A DNA stretch of 63,235 nt, counting the filler, from Reticulomyxa filosa (lineage: Eukaryota; Protista; Foraminifera), in NCBI GenBank assembly GCA_000512085.1. It is 27 parts of 27 records of this genome, joined end to end, with 100 filler letters (N's around TTAATTAATTAA, not from the genome) between each part and the next. Parts side by side here need not be neighbours in the genome. Positions count along the whole stretch, not along the records: positions 1 to 3,594 come from ASPP01000725.1; positions 3,695 to 4,926 come from ASPP01027000.1; positions 5,027 to 8,637 come from ASPP01034389.1; positions 8,738 to 10,113 come from ASPP01027372.1; positions 10,214 to 11,225 come from ASPP01021275.1; positions 11,326 to 13,608 come from ASPP01000418.1; 21 more parts are not named here. One strand, 5' to 3'. Within the stretch, counting starts at the first letter, position 1; every line of letters starts with the position of its first letter. The notes beneath the pieces are model-generated. The model saw only the letters and a list, made by a program, of their open reading frames with translations. It searched no databases and was not told where the DNA came from. Positions 1-12,328 of this stretch are shown here, piece by piece. The translations under genes and the position numbers were made by a program.

Positions 1-1
1 C

Positions 2-541
2 TCAGAAGACAAAACAATAAAATTATGGGATGTAAATTCTGGAGATGAAATTAGACATCTTAGTGATCATTCAGGTGGTATAAACAGTGTACAGTTTTCT
101 CCAGATGGTCAAATGTTTGCATCATCATCTGATGATAAAACCATTGCTATATGGGATATACACTCAGGCAGAAAATTGAAAGAATTAAAAGGGCATTCCG
201 ATTCTGTAATGCGTGCAAAATTTTCTCCAGATGGTCAATTTATTGTATCTTGTTCTCGTGATAAAACAATTCGAATATGGGATGTAGAATCAGGAAAAGA
301 ATTAAAGAAATTAGAAGGACATTTAGATGTTGTGAATGATGTACAATATTTTTCAGATGGACAAACTATTGTATCTTGTTCAAAGGATAACACAATTCGA
401 TTGTGGAATGTGAAAGCAGGACAACAAATACAGCTATTGCGAGAACATACTTCTTATGTTACTAGTATAGATATTTCAGCAGATGATAATACAATTGTAT
501 CATGCTCTACTGATAAAAAAATAATTATATGGGGATGTTAA
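2..541 (+). CDS. WD40-repeat protein, 3' part (5' end truncated by the window)
   Basis: Frame is open from position 2 (SEDKTIKLWDVNSGDEIRHLSDHSGGINSVQFSPDGQMF...). Consecutive GH...FSPDG..IVSCS.DKTIRIWD repeats run to the stop at 541. Confidence 0.95.
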   Translation, partial: SEDKTIKLWDVNSGDEIRHLSDHSGGINSVQFSPDGQMFASSSDDKTIAIWDIHSGRKLKELKGHSDSVMRAKFSPDGQFIVSCSRDKTIRIWDVESGKELKKLEGHLDVVNDVQYFSDGQTIVSCSKDNTIRLWNVKAGQQIQLLREHTSYVTSIDISADDNTIVSCSTDKKIIIWGC

Positions 542-1094
542 AAAAAATTAACTTAATTTATAACTAATTGTGTTTTAAAATAAAGTGATGTAGAAGCTAC
601 AATAATATAAATTATAATAGTAGTCATTTATTTGCGCAAAATTTACACTTTATAGTGCGATTTTCTTGTCAAATTAAAGAAACATATTGTATCAAATGAG
701 AATTGTACTTTAAAAAAATTTGAAAAAGATAATAATTTTCAGAAAATGACAATGAAAAATCGAAATGATAGACATCATATACAATCAGTAAAGTCGATAT
801 TTGGATATTAGAAAAATAATCATTCAATCTAACTTGATATTAATCAACTGACAAATAATATTGTGTTCAATAACTGTTAATGAATGTAATGCAATCTTAT
901 CAAATGACAATATATATATAAGGTTAGACAGTAAATATCATGGTATTGCATGTACTGGAATAATAATACATTTACGAATATAATGCTTTTTTAAAGCTTT
1001 TGCGCTAGTATGGAGTGAATGTGTATAAATGCTTTGTCATTTAATTATAACTGTCTTTAGCACTGACTAATATACTCTGAAAGTGCAAACAAAA

Positions 1095-2700
1095 GCAAAG
1101 TACCTGGACAAAAATAGGTCATAGTATAAAAAGAAAAACATAAACATAATTACAATTCGTTCACAAAACACAAACAAACTAAAAATCTTCAATTAAATAA
1201 AACAATTTCAAATTTTCCTTCCAGTTGCAACAACGAACTTTGAAAGTTATTGACAACTTTGATTCTTGTCTCAGGTTCGATGTCTTGAATTGAAAATGCG
1301 GCAACAAACTCTTGATTGCTCGCCATGATTCTCGAATTTCTTGATAATGTGGATATTCAATCAGGAAATGCTCCACTGTTTCTTCTTCATCTACACACTA
1401 TTTACAATCTGGAGCATTTGATCTTTTAATCTTGTACAGGAAAGAATTTAATACTACATTACATGTAATGATTTAGCGTACAAATCTGCGCTCATGCACT
1501 TCCAATCGGCATAATACAATTTTCTCAAATGACTGCGCTTCAGTCAGGTTAACTAGATTTCATTCCATTATTCAGTGAAAAATGGATTCAGTCCATGGAA
1601 ATTCAGGAATGGAGTTGTTCGGTCTGGTCTTCTGAATAACTCAGGACTGATCGAATTCTGCTTGAAGTTTTTGCTATCTTTCATTTTCCTTTGATCCAAT
1701 AAATTTCAGGAACACCATTTTCTTCAAGTTGTTTCATTAATCTTTGACATTCTGCGATCGGAAAGTTGTAAGCTTTTGAATTGCATTTGTTGTGAATTTC
1801 ATTCACAGCAAATTTACAATTAGATAGAACTACAATTCGCTAGTCTTTGTGCTGTTTTTGCTTGCATTCCAATGCTTGTCGAATTGATTCAATCTCGCTT
1901 TCAATCATTGTGGTAATTTCTTTGATTGGAAATTTCAATTCGATCCATTATGATTGAAATAGATCTTGGATTACCAATCCTGGCTTGCAACTTCCTTCTG
2001 CAAATATAACGACTGTGTCGTTACCTAATGTGTTCAATATCTCTTGATGTTGGTCCTTTCCACCTTTCAAATGGAGACTTAATGTGAGGTAATCTTTCCA
2101 TTTGATTTAGTGGCTTATCGAAATGTTGATATTGATCTGGTTGCACCTTTGGTATTCCAATTTCAGCACAATGAATGTATGTCCTTGATAGTGTTGACAA
2201 TTCATGATTTTGTTTCCATAATAATAACCTTGGGGAATAACAATGAATCGATCATTTGTTGTCCACCATGCTTCAGCATTTGATTGTGAATACTGTCTAG
2301 TCCTTGTGCCTTGTGAGATGAAATGTATTTATATGCTTCAATAATTTCTTACTAGTGATATTCATTTAATGAAATTCATTTCACAGGATAATTTTCATTT
2401 TATCGTCTCTTTTCATTTTAATCACTGATGCAATCTCATCTTCCACTAAACCATTCGGAAGAAGTTGCAGAATATTATGAATTAGTTGAAGTAGTTTCCA
2501 AATGATTTTTATTCCAATCGTTTTCTTTCCAACACTCGCCGCACATTCTGTCCATTGTTCTAATGATTGTGGATCATTGGAATACCATTATGGCATTGCA
2601 TTTTGCCATTTTTGTAATACTTGATGAAACAATTCCCACGTATCACTACTGTGATTGCAGATGATTTGAATGGATGTAAAGTCCATCATAATATAGATGA
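1095..2700 (-). mobile_element. Degraded, internally deleted non-LTR retrotransposon (LINE with RNase H and C-terminal CCHC-like motif)
   Basis: Manual minus-strand translation gives an RT domain-0 motif KAQGLDSIHNQMLKHGG (~2270-2312) and RNase H motifs VVIFAEGSCKP, TTMIESEIESIRQALE and RIVVLSNCKFAVN (~1800-2020). It ends with LNSFLYKIKRSNAPDCK*CVDEEETVEHFLIEYPHY (~1345-1460). Many stops and frameshifts. Confidence 0.85.
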
Positions 2701-3594
2701 AAACAAAGAGTGATATTAATTGATGATCTTGCTAAAAAAAAATACTTGACTTAAAAAGTTGTTTTTTGAAGGGAATTTGAGTACCAGGCAGTTATTGGCT
2801 TCAATATTTATAGATATTTGAAGTTCATTTGAAAGAAAGTTTATTGTAGTTTGTGATTGAAGGAAAATTCTCAAAGAAATTTCCAGTTGGCAAATTTTTG
2901 CAGATTTATTGTAATCCAAGACAATAATTGGTCTTTACGCTGAGCAAAAAAATTTTTATTTTCCGGATTAGGAGACAAACACTTGCAAAAATTTGTCACG
3001 ATATCGTGGAACACTGGTATTTTGAAAATTTTTAAGAAATTTCGGGATTTCCAAGATGACAACAAATATGTCTGACTACAGCAAGTCTTTGGCAAGCAAT
3101 AAAGATGAACATCAAAAAGATTCGTCGTTGGCAACATTGCCGAATCCAAATGACACAATATCAATAAATCATCATTGGGACAATCAAAGTTAAATGCAAT
3201 GAATGATATTGACATGAACACAAATTCAAACAATGACAGACGTTATTCGTGGATTTATATGAAAAAAAAAGCAAAACGATTGAAATGAATCGGCAAGCAA
3301 AAAAATGAGACAACATTATGAACTAAATGTTGTACCAAAAAAAAAATTCATTTATATCGAGATAAACTTTTGAAAAAAAAGTTGTATTTTGAAGCAAAGA
3401 ACAACTAGATACTGCAACATCTAGCAGTATCTGAAAGAAGTTCGAAGTTAATCTTCGATTATTAACAACGATTTCGTCGTCAGCAAGATTGTGGCGAAAA
3501 CAGAAATAAAGACAAAGATACAAAGAAAATACTTTCAAACTACAAAAAAGAATTTTTTTTTTATCGTGATAAAAAATCTTTTTTACTAGTTGAA

Positions 3595-3694
3595 NNNNNN
3601 NNNNNNNNNNNNNNNNNNNNNNNNNNNNNNNNNNNNNNTTAATTAATTAANNNNNNNNNNNNNNNNNNNNNNNNNNNNNNNNNNNNNNNNNNNN
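3595..3694. other. Artificial contig-joining linker (first of 26; others start at 4927, 8638, 10114, 11226, 13609, 15166, 17800, 19111, 21263, 22569, 25258, 28918, 31756, 32856, 34098, 37201, 38313, 40900, 42001, 45562, 48323, 50765, 53320, 55324, 61202)
   Basis: Identical N44-TTAATTAATTAA-N44 block with stop codons in all six frames. Sequence character changes abruptly across each copy. Confidence 0.99.
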
Positions 3695-4926
3695 TACACA
3701 TGACTCCCGAACATCCGAATGACTATCTTTTAATCCATCAATCAAACATTGAAAAGCAATATTCAATTGTTTATCATTCCATTTATTTGAAAGTGTTACA
3801 AGTGAGTTTGCACATGACTTCTGAACACTCTTATTACTATCTTTTAATCCATTTGTCAAACATTTAAAAGTATCATCGAAATATTTTCCATTTAGATTCA
3901 CTGCAATTGCTTCAAGTAATTTTGCACATTCTCCACGCACATCTTCATCATCATTTTTATCAGTGAATATATCCATTGAAGAGTTAAAAATTTCATTCAA
4001 TTGTTGTTCATTACATTTATTTAAAATTTCTTCAATTAATTTAATGCACTTGATACGAATATTTTGATGTTTATTTTTATCATTTAACTTATCCATAAAA
4101 TAATTCAATGCAATGTTCATTTGTTTTTTATCCAATTTCTGTGCAATTTCATCAAGTAGATAAGCGTATTTATCAATATATATATTTCTCCTTTCACAAT
4201 CTAATTCACTAATTAAATAATTAAAAGCACGATCGAATTGTTTTCCAGACATTTTCACTATAATTGCCCCAAGTCCTTCTGTATAAAAATAATAATCATC
4301 TTCATTGAGCATGTCTTCTAAAGAATCGAAAGCATCATCCAATTGTTTTTTATTCCATTTCATTGAGAGTTTTCCAAGTAATTTTGCACGATTATATCTA
4401 TCTTCCTTTTTATAGGAAAATTGATTAATCAAACATTGAAAGACATTACCTAATTGCCCTTCTTTCAATTTCATTAGAAATTGAGTCGCATTATAATCAT
4501 AAAGATATGAAGGAAACCTACGAACGAAACATTGAAATGCTTTACCTAACTGTTTTTCTCCCAATTGTGATGAAATCGTTGCAAGTGCGTGTGCACATTC
4601 TTTACAAATTCTAGCTTTTCCACTCTCAAAGGCATTCATCAAACATTCAAACACTTTATTCAATTGTCTCTCATTCAATTTCAATGCTATTTTTACGATT
4701 GATTTTGCACATCTTTTATGAGTATATATATCTTTGTGAACAAGCCATCCATGAAAAATTCAAAAACATCATCCAATTGTTGTTCATTTATTTTCACTGA
4801 TATCACACAAAGTAATTCTGCACACGTTTCATTGTTTTCTTTAAAAACTTGTTTGTAACATTGGACAACAATATCTGAAGTTTCTGTTGAAATACACAAA
4901 TACTGTAATAATTTCAATCGATCTTT
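3695..4926 (-). CDS. HEAT-repeat protein fragment (PBS-lyase-like), paralogue of 45662-48322; one frameshift near 4740
   Basis: ORFs 4693-4917 and 3647-4684 join after a 1-nt shift and are collinear with the 896-aa ORF (LCISTETSD.VVQCYKQVF, CAHALATISSQLG, GLKDS...V..SC). Confidence 0.9.
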
Positions 4927-5026
4927 NNNNNNNNNNNNNNNNNNNNNNNNNNNNNNNNNNNNNNNNNNNNTTAATTAATTAANNNNNNNNNNNNNNNNNN
5001 NNNNNNNNNNNNNNNNNNNNNNNNNN

Positions 5027-5660
5027 CGAATCAATTCATTTGGATTTTTACAAGGACAAGAACTAATGGATTCATCACAACCAACCAATTCAGTATATTT
5101 TCCTCATTTGATATTTCAAGAATGGCTTGCCGCTTATTATTTGGTGAATTGCTTGTATGAATCAAATGAAACAAAAGAACATGAACAAGTATGCTCCATT
5201 TTGGTCAATCAACAACTCACTCCAAAATATTCTGCAATGATACCATTTATGGCTGGAATATTATATGGTAATATTGAAAATAAAAAAGTCCATCATGATC
5301 AGGTTTATTATATTTTTGGAAATTGTTGCATTCATCGCCACTTCAAGCTGTTCCAATTCATCAAGTGATGTTGCACATGCATTGTTTGGATGCATACAAA
5401 GCGAACATAAACAGTTCATTTCTTCCACGTTCACTTCAAACGTGTCATACAGCGCTTATTGATTGGATCAAAGTTAATAAAGGTAAATGCGATATTTACG
5501 ATGTATTACTCAAACAGAACCTGAATAGACCATTGGATAACGTGATGAAATTGTATTTACCCAATTTTCAATATCTCTTCATCATTCTGATATTCATTTA
5601 TGTATCATCGATCAAATTAAGGTAATTCAAACACAATTGAATAAAATTGATAATAATCAT
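5027..5660 (+). pseudogene. NACHT/STAND C-terminal helical region (wHTH-HD2-like) running into the start of the HEAT-repeat family; frameshifted and truncated
   Basis: RINSFGFLQG...VYFPHLIFQEWLAAYYL resembles the F.HL(T/S)FQE(F/Y)xAAxYL motif of NACHT proteins. The 3' end (5611-5657) matches the first ~45 nt of contig 45662. Confidence 0.8.
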
Positions 5661-6914
5661 CCTTGTTCGCTAGGAACTGCGCAAACAGCTCATTACTTGC
5701 TGTGTCTGCTTCTTTTGTGTTGTTTGCAGTCACCAAGTCTGTAAGTGTCGATTTTTTACAAGCTTGATCCGTTGGATATATTAGCATTTATATTATAGAT
5801 TTTTTTTTAAAAAATCGAAATTACTGGCCACTTTTTCTGCTTTTCAAAGAAGTTACTAGTATTTTTTCTTCAATTTATTCTTTTTTTTTATATAGTTCAT
5901 TTTTTTTAGGTCATTTTAAAATGGTTAATAAATAACAACATGATTTGAATGTATTTGTGAACATTTCGAAACTTTTTAACAAACTGAATAAAATGTAATT
6001 TACTTTATCAAGATTATATAAATATTCAATTATGTTACATTGTGAAAAATATTAAAATATTATTTGTTTATTGGAAATAAAAAAATAAATAATATATTAA
6101 TGAAATGATATTATAATTATTTTAAGAATGTAAATTATATTTATAAGTAATGTTCAAATCACATTAATAATACTTTTTATAAAAAGTATTATTATTTTTT
6201 AAAAGATATCAACATTTGTAATTCATAAGATTTAAAATACACTTTTCAATTTTTAATTTGTGAAAAATTTATTTATATTTGTAAAGAGATTTTCTACGAA
6301 ATTAAACAACTTTCATTCTTAAAACTAAAATAATTATTATTTGTATTTTGTCTTAGTTAATGCCAAAAATATATTAAATAGCGCTTGATTTGCACTGTTC
6401 AACAAATCTTCTTTCAATCAGTATTGTGTCAATTGATATTTCAAACAGTTTTTTTTACATTCTTCATTGTTATTGCAAAAAAGCATATCGAAAATCCACT
6501 TTACAAAAATGTTTGTTTTTCAAAAATGTAGATGACAATTTTCCAATAAATAACAACTTCAATAAATGATTTCAAAAATAATTTTTTCAAAAAAAAAATT
6601 TAGATTTATGTAAAATCAAAATAGTATAAATATTCTATTATTTTCTGTATATTAACATTTATCAAATATATGGAAAAAAAAATAATTATATAAATGAAAT
6701 GCAATTTGACTCGGGCTACAATTGGATACACTTTTATGAAATAATTAATTCAGAAATATAATTATACAACTTGATCCAATCACACACATTAAATTTTTTA
6801 TATTTTTTTTAAATAATAAAATTTATCAATATTTGAATATATGCAGTTATTTGATAATGAAATTTATGTTATGAACAATTAATTTTTCAAATTGATAATT
6901 GAAAAAGAATGCAC

Positions 6915-8637
6915 AAACAATAGTTAAAATTTCTTTTGTTGTATTAGTTCTGTTTTGTTGGTGAAATAATAACATCTGTTAAGTGGGATATCAACAAAAC
7001 AAACCAAAAGGTTGATCTATTTTCATTAAAAAAAATTAAAATATAATCATATGTGGAATGATGGAAATTCGATGATTTTTTAATTTTAGTTTCTTGTTAC
7101 ATTTGAGGAATATTGTTTTTACATATGTTGATGTTTTGATTTTTCAGATATTGAACAAATTTGATCAAATTTTCTTCATTGTCACAAAAATTTGAAGAAT
7201 TTAATTTATTGCAAATGTTCAAAATAACAATAATGTTCAGAAAATCAAGTCTTGAATTGAATCTTTGGATAATCATTGTCAAGACAGATAGAAAAACACT
7301 ACACATCAACATAATAATCACATTTACGGCATACCCAGGTTAGTAGACAAAACCTAAAATCAATTCCACAGTTGTTTTTTTTCTTTTTACAACAACTGTA
7401 ACTATCCTTGAAAACTTAAGATTGTCCAAATTCAAATATTCCAAGAAATTTCAATCAAAAGAAACATTGAATTCAATATTTTAAAAAGTATTCAAAAATA
7501 TGGATCCACTCAAATGAGTTATAATGATATTGCCAACATTTTAAGATTAAATGGCTTGTTTTAATATTTTCTGAACAATATATATGCATTTATGTTGCAT
7601 TTGAAAAAAAGATTGGATCAATTCGATATTCTCAATTATCATAACTATGACAATATAAAAAAAAAAGAACACATGAAATTAAGTGTTTCCAAGACACTAT
7701 CAAAAAACTGTATATTCTGTCAATACGTGCACAAAAAAAAGATAATGTATAATGTAAAAAAAAATGAGCAATAATTGTTACAATGTATGTAAAAAAGTTG
7801 TAATGATAAATATAAATGAATCAAAACCAAAAATTCAATAGATTTGTCATCCAAAAAAAGTACAGTTCATTCTGGTGTGTAAAAGCCACAATTAACAAAA
7901 TATCAAAACATTATATTGTAATTATTCTTTCATGCAAAAGATGTTATAAAGTATTATGTAAAAATTTTAAAAGAAGTGTTGTTCACGTAAAATTCAAATG
8001 GCATATGTAAAATCTTTTTATGTACACGATCCATTATGATAATTATGAAAAATAGTAATAATTATATGATTATAACGCCCTTGAATTTTGCAACAATTAA
8101 TCCTGTTTTGAAATTGTATTTATATATCCGATTTCAATCACCTGAATCACACTTTTTATAATATTTTCTTTTTTTTTCAAATAATAACATTTATCTTATT
8201 TGTTAATGAAATTTAGACAAAAAATTAGTAAAATTCTTTTTATTGTATTAGTTCTGTTATGTTAATGAAATAATAATAATCGTCAAGTGGAATGTCAAAT
8301 AAAAGAAAAGAAAACATTGATATCATTTCAAAAAGTATATATAATCGCATGTAAAATTAATGGAAATTCAATGTTTAATCTTAATCATTTTCTACTACAT
8401 TTGACAGAAATATAGTTGATCAAATTTGTTCAATACCCGAAGAATCAGTTTCTTCATTGTCAAAAAATGTAAATAGTTGGATTTATTACAAATGATCACC
8501 ATAGCAATCATGTTGAAAATCAAGTCTTGAATTGAATCTTTGGACAATTGTCATATTCTCCTTTTCAAAAATGTAAAGACCAGAATATAGAGAAAAGCAC
8601 TACACATTTATAGTCTTACTCAGATTAATAGATAAAA
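6915..8637. repeat. Diverged tandem duplication of a ~400-bp decayed segment (6915-7330 vs 8215-8610)
   Basis: Both copies share blocks such as ttgtattagttctgtt..gaaataataa, atggaaattc and aaaatcaagtcttgaattgaatctttgga. Confidence 0.75.
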
Positions 8638-10789
8638 NNNNNNNNNNNNNNNNNNNNNNNNNNNNNNNNNNNNNNNNNNNNTTAATTAATTAANNNNNNN
8701 NNNNNNNNNNNNNNNNNNNNNNNNNNNNNNNNNNNNNAAAAATGGAACCACGTTCTCCCTTTGTCAAATAAAAACTGGTTTATTTTTTGGAAACAGGTTC
8801 AAAAAAAATAAAAAATGACCCACAATTTTTAAAAAATAAACCCCAATCAAATCTGATTATTAAATATCTTGTTTGTCATTTTTTTTGCAACAAAATAGCT
8901 GATATATTTTATGATTGAATTTGATCATGTACATTATTAGAGATTTTTTTTTGCAATCTCAAACATTTCTACAGCCATTCAACCCTGTTCCTTTCATTTT
9001 TCTTTTTCAATGTTCATTGTGACACTTCGAACAATCTTGATCAGCTGCATTACATAAAGTTAAAAAAGTGATTATTAAAACACGTATATCATGATCAATG
9101 CGTTTCCAATAACAAGTTTGGAGTCTTTCCAAACTAACAATCCTAACCACGAACTTGTAGATAACCAAGTATCAAAGTATTAACAAAAAAAAGTTCGTTT
9201 TATCAACTGCTAACAATGTAACAATTAGTGATTTAATGATTATTATATCACTAATAATATAAATATTCAAATGTAACCACAATGATAATCGAAACTTTAT
9301 TTGTTTCTGAGCACATGTATTCGTTGGTAGATAAAATCAATTATTTTTATTGATATTGAAAACTTAACGCATAATTGGATCTGCATATTGAAAAACACGA
9401 GATATAAAAAGCAGTAATGCGAAACTTAGACCACAAATTATATTTTTTTCAATATAATTTCGACATAACCACGTTGGTGATGTCGAACTGAGAGTTCACA
9501 ATTGCATTGATGTGATTGGTCGTTGATGTGATGTGCAAATATTTGGAGATATTCTTACTGTGTAATTGAGTTTACAAGTACTGTCCATATCTTTTCAATA
9601 GTTCGCCAAACTACTTTACTTCTATGTAAATCTTCATCTTCCAAAAGTCTTCTAATTACACCATCTCTCCTTTGAGAGGTAAAACAGATATCTTGGTAAA
9701 TGGCACAATCGAGCATATTGTCGGATTTGTCCTTGAATTTCTCTATTTTTTTTGTTTATTTTTTTTTAAAAGATAAAAAAATTATATTTTTCGTTGAGAT
9801 AGAGAAACTACGAACGAATGATCAATTTTTTTTCTTTGCCGAAATTATCTTTGTTCAACAATATTGATTTACGATTTATTGAACAAACAAAACTAATAGA
9901 TTGCACACTTGTATAAAAATACGCTTGTTGAAATATGTGTGTTTATGTCATTTTCATACAGAATGAAGCCAGAAAATATCTTTTTCGGAATAGTCGAAGG
10001 GAAGGATTCAACTTTTTTTTTTAGAGTTAAATCAAAATGTAATGCTCAAAAATATTTTTTCTCAATGTTTTTTTGAAGATTGAAAAAAAAACTTTTACCA
10101 AGATGGAACCCTTNNNNNNNNNNNNNNNNNNNNNNNNNNNNNNNNNNNNNNNNNNNNTTAATTAATTAANNNNNNNNNNNNNNNNNNNNNNNNNNNNNNN
10201 NNNNNNNNNNNNNTTATAAGTTTTTTTCAATTTATGAACTCTAACCTTGAACATTTTGCAACATGCATAATACTGCGTTCACTTCTCACCATATCAACAG
10301 CTATTTACTTGTCAAATTGAGTGGCATACTTTACTGTTACACTAATTTAGTTTTTACAAGTTTATTGCTGATGTAAATTTGTTTTAGCAAAAAAGATTTT
10401 TGCTGGAATGAAACCAATAAATGTAAAAGCTTTGAAATTACGTAAGTTCAAAAATTGAACTTTTTTATTAATTACAAAAAATTTAATATTTTAATTATAT
10501 ATTCTAAACTAACAAAGATACAATTATCAAATTTTATGCAATCGAACAACAGTATAAGTCAACATATATGTAAAATTACATACTTATAACTTGAGTAGAT
10601 TCAGAAAAAAATAATAACTTTTTAAATAACACTATTTTTCATTGGTATTCACTTTTTTTTTGGACGCTGCTGTAAAATATAATAAAAACAAAACGAACGA
10701 GCGAATTTTTGAAAAAATGAGTTCTGATTTCTTTAAAAACAAAAGAATAACGGGGAGCATACTGCACCAAAGTGTTATCAAAAAATATC

Positions 10790-11225
10790 ATGCCTGGCAC
10801 ACGACATGCTAAGAATAATACTGCTTTGGGTTTTTTTACACGTGCAGAGCGTGAGAAATTGGACTGCTGGGGAGCAAAATCAGTGCGTCTAAGTAAAGAG
10901 TCAGTGAAGAAATATGACGCGTGTAGCATTTGTTTCAAAACATGTGAAATGCCGATGGTGTGTCCATATGGAGATTTGTTCTGCAAGCAATGTATCTACC
11001 AGTCACTATTACTCCAAAAGGAGAAAATAAAAGAGAGAGCAAAGATATTTGAAGAGCAGGAATTGAAGCTAAAGGTATGCATTGAAAACAACCACCAGAG
11101 AGACAGCCCATAAAAAAAAAAAAAAAAGACAAGACCCCCAAGACGAACCAAAAAAAAAAAAAAAAAAAAATGGATAAAACAAACAGACAGTGAAACAGCA
11201 AGAAACTCAGGAAAAATTAGTGAAA
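10790..11225 (+). CDS. NOSIP: Nitric oxide synthase-interacting protein homologue (RING/U-box-like), N-terminal part; intron 11075-11186
   Basis: MPGTRHAKNNTALGFFTRAER...RLSKESVKKYDACSIC...PMVCPYGDLFCKQCI matches the NOSIP N-terminal pattern. A phase-0 GT..AG intron resumes TVKQQETQEKLVK. Confidence 0.9.
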
Positions 11226-11359
11226 NNNNNNNNNNNNNNNNNNNNNNNNNNNNNNNNNNNNNNNNNNNNTTAATTAATTAANNNNNNNNNNNNNNNNNNN
11301 NNNNNNNNNNNNNNNNNNNNNNNNNATTTCTCCAAACACTATCATATGCTGCAGATATA

Positions 11360-11712
11360 TCCAAACTCAAAAGACAGTATATAATGCTAATTTCCCGAAA
11401 GCGTCGAACACTCTAAGACTAAACATGATCGATACAATCACACAAATCGCCCGTTGCCAGTAAAAGAGTTACTATCTCAGTTACCATGAGTTTACACCTC
11501 TGTACACTTAATCAACTGATGACAATATACTCAGTAAGTTTAAAATGACTTCCACATATCACAGTCAAACATTAGATGCTGAACCGACTACGAAACTTCA
11601 CAAAAATGAACTTTAACAAAAAATGTTGCCAAAGGGTAACAAAATAGTTTACAGTCACATTACATTTACAATACCACAAAATCCCAACTACTATAAAAAA
11701 ATTTTTATATCA
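11360..11712 (+). repeat. Unclassified interspersed repeat, copy 1 (reverse-complement homologue at 33712-33950)
   Basis: 30-nt exact match 11457-11486 vs revcomp 33810-33839. Collinear similarity flanks it (aatgctaatttcccgaaagc.tcgaacactct; ctactataaaaaaatttttatat). Confidence 0.85.
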
Positions 11713-12328
11713 CTACAAAAAATTTTTTACTAGTTATAATTTTATGTCTTTCTTTCTTGGTCCGGAACTTTCTTGGACTAGACGACGTTTGAAATCTTTA
11801 CTTTACTTTCAAAATCTCCTTCAAAACTTAAGATGTCGAAGTATCTTGACACTTCCAACCGCAATCTCTTCCAAAATACAACTTTTAAAGAAAAGTTAAT
11901 ATTAATGATAAATATGATATATTAATTTATTTTTTTTTACTTATTGCATAAGTTGTTGGTTTTCTTCAAAGCGTGACGCCAAAAAAATGGTATTTCTTAT
12001 TTTACTAATCTTTTTTATGTTAAATTAATTGGAATGGTACAAAAAGATTTCAACAATCTTAAAAAAATATAAGATGAGCAATTAATAACACCTTTCATAA
12101 CCCTTTTTATGTTGCACTTAGTTATGATTATGCCGTCTTTGTTTATCTGTATACATATATTTCTCCTTTGTCTGAGTTTTAAGTTTTTAGATTTAATTGG
12201 AAGCAGCCTCGAATCAACTTGAATAAATGCTAAATGAAACTTTACCGAAAGAAGACAATAAACTAAATTAAATGACCTCGCACAATAAAAAAGAGAAAAC
12301 CAAATTTCAATGCTATGTTAATTTGCTC

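Noticed and set aside
2716-3594. Short ORFs next to the LINE as ORF1 or a separate gene
   Set aside because: Frames are broken and I found no recognisable motif.
3695-5660. Adjacent HEAT and NACHT fragments as a physical gene cluster
   Set aside because: They are on different contigs separated by a linker, so adjacency is arbitrary. Only sequence homology links them.
11516-11550. CTGATGA in both repeat copies as a hammerhead ribozyme core
   Set aside because: No GAAA after a stem II and no convincing stems I/III in either copy.
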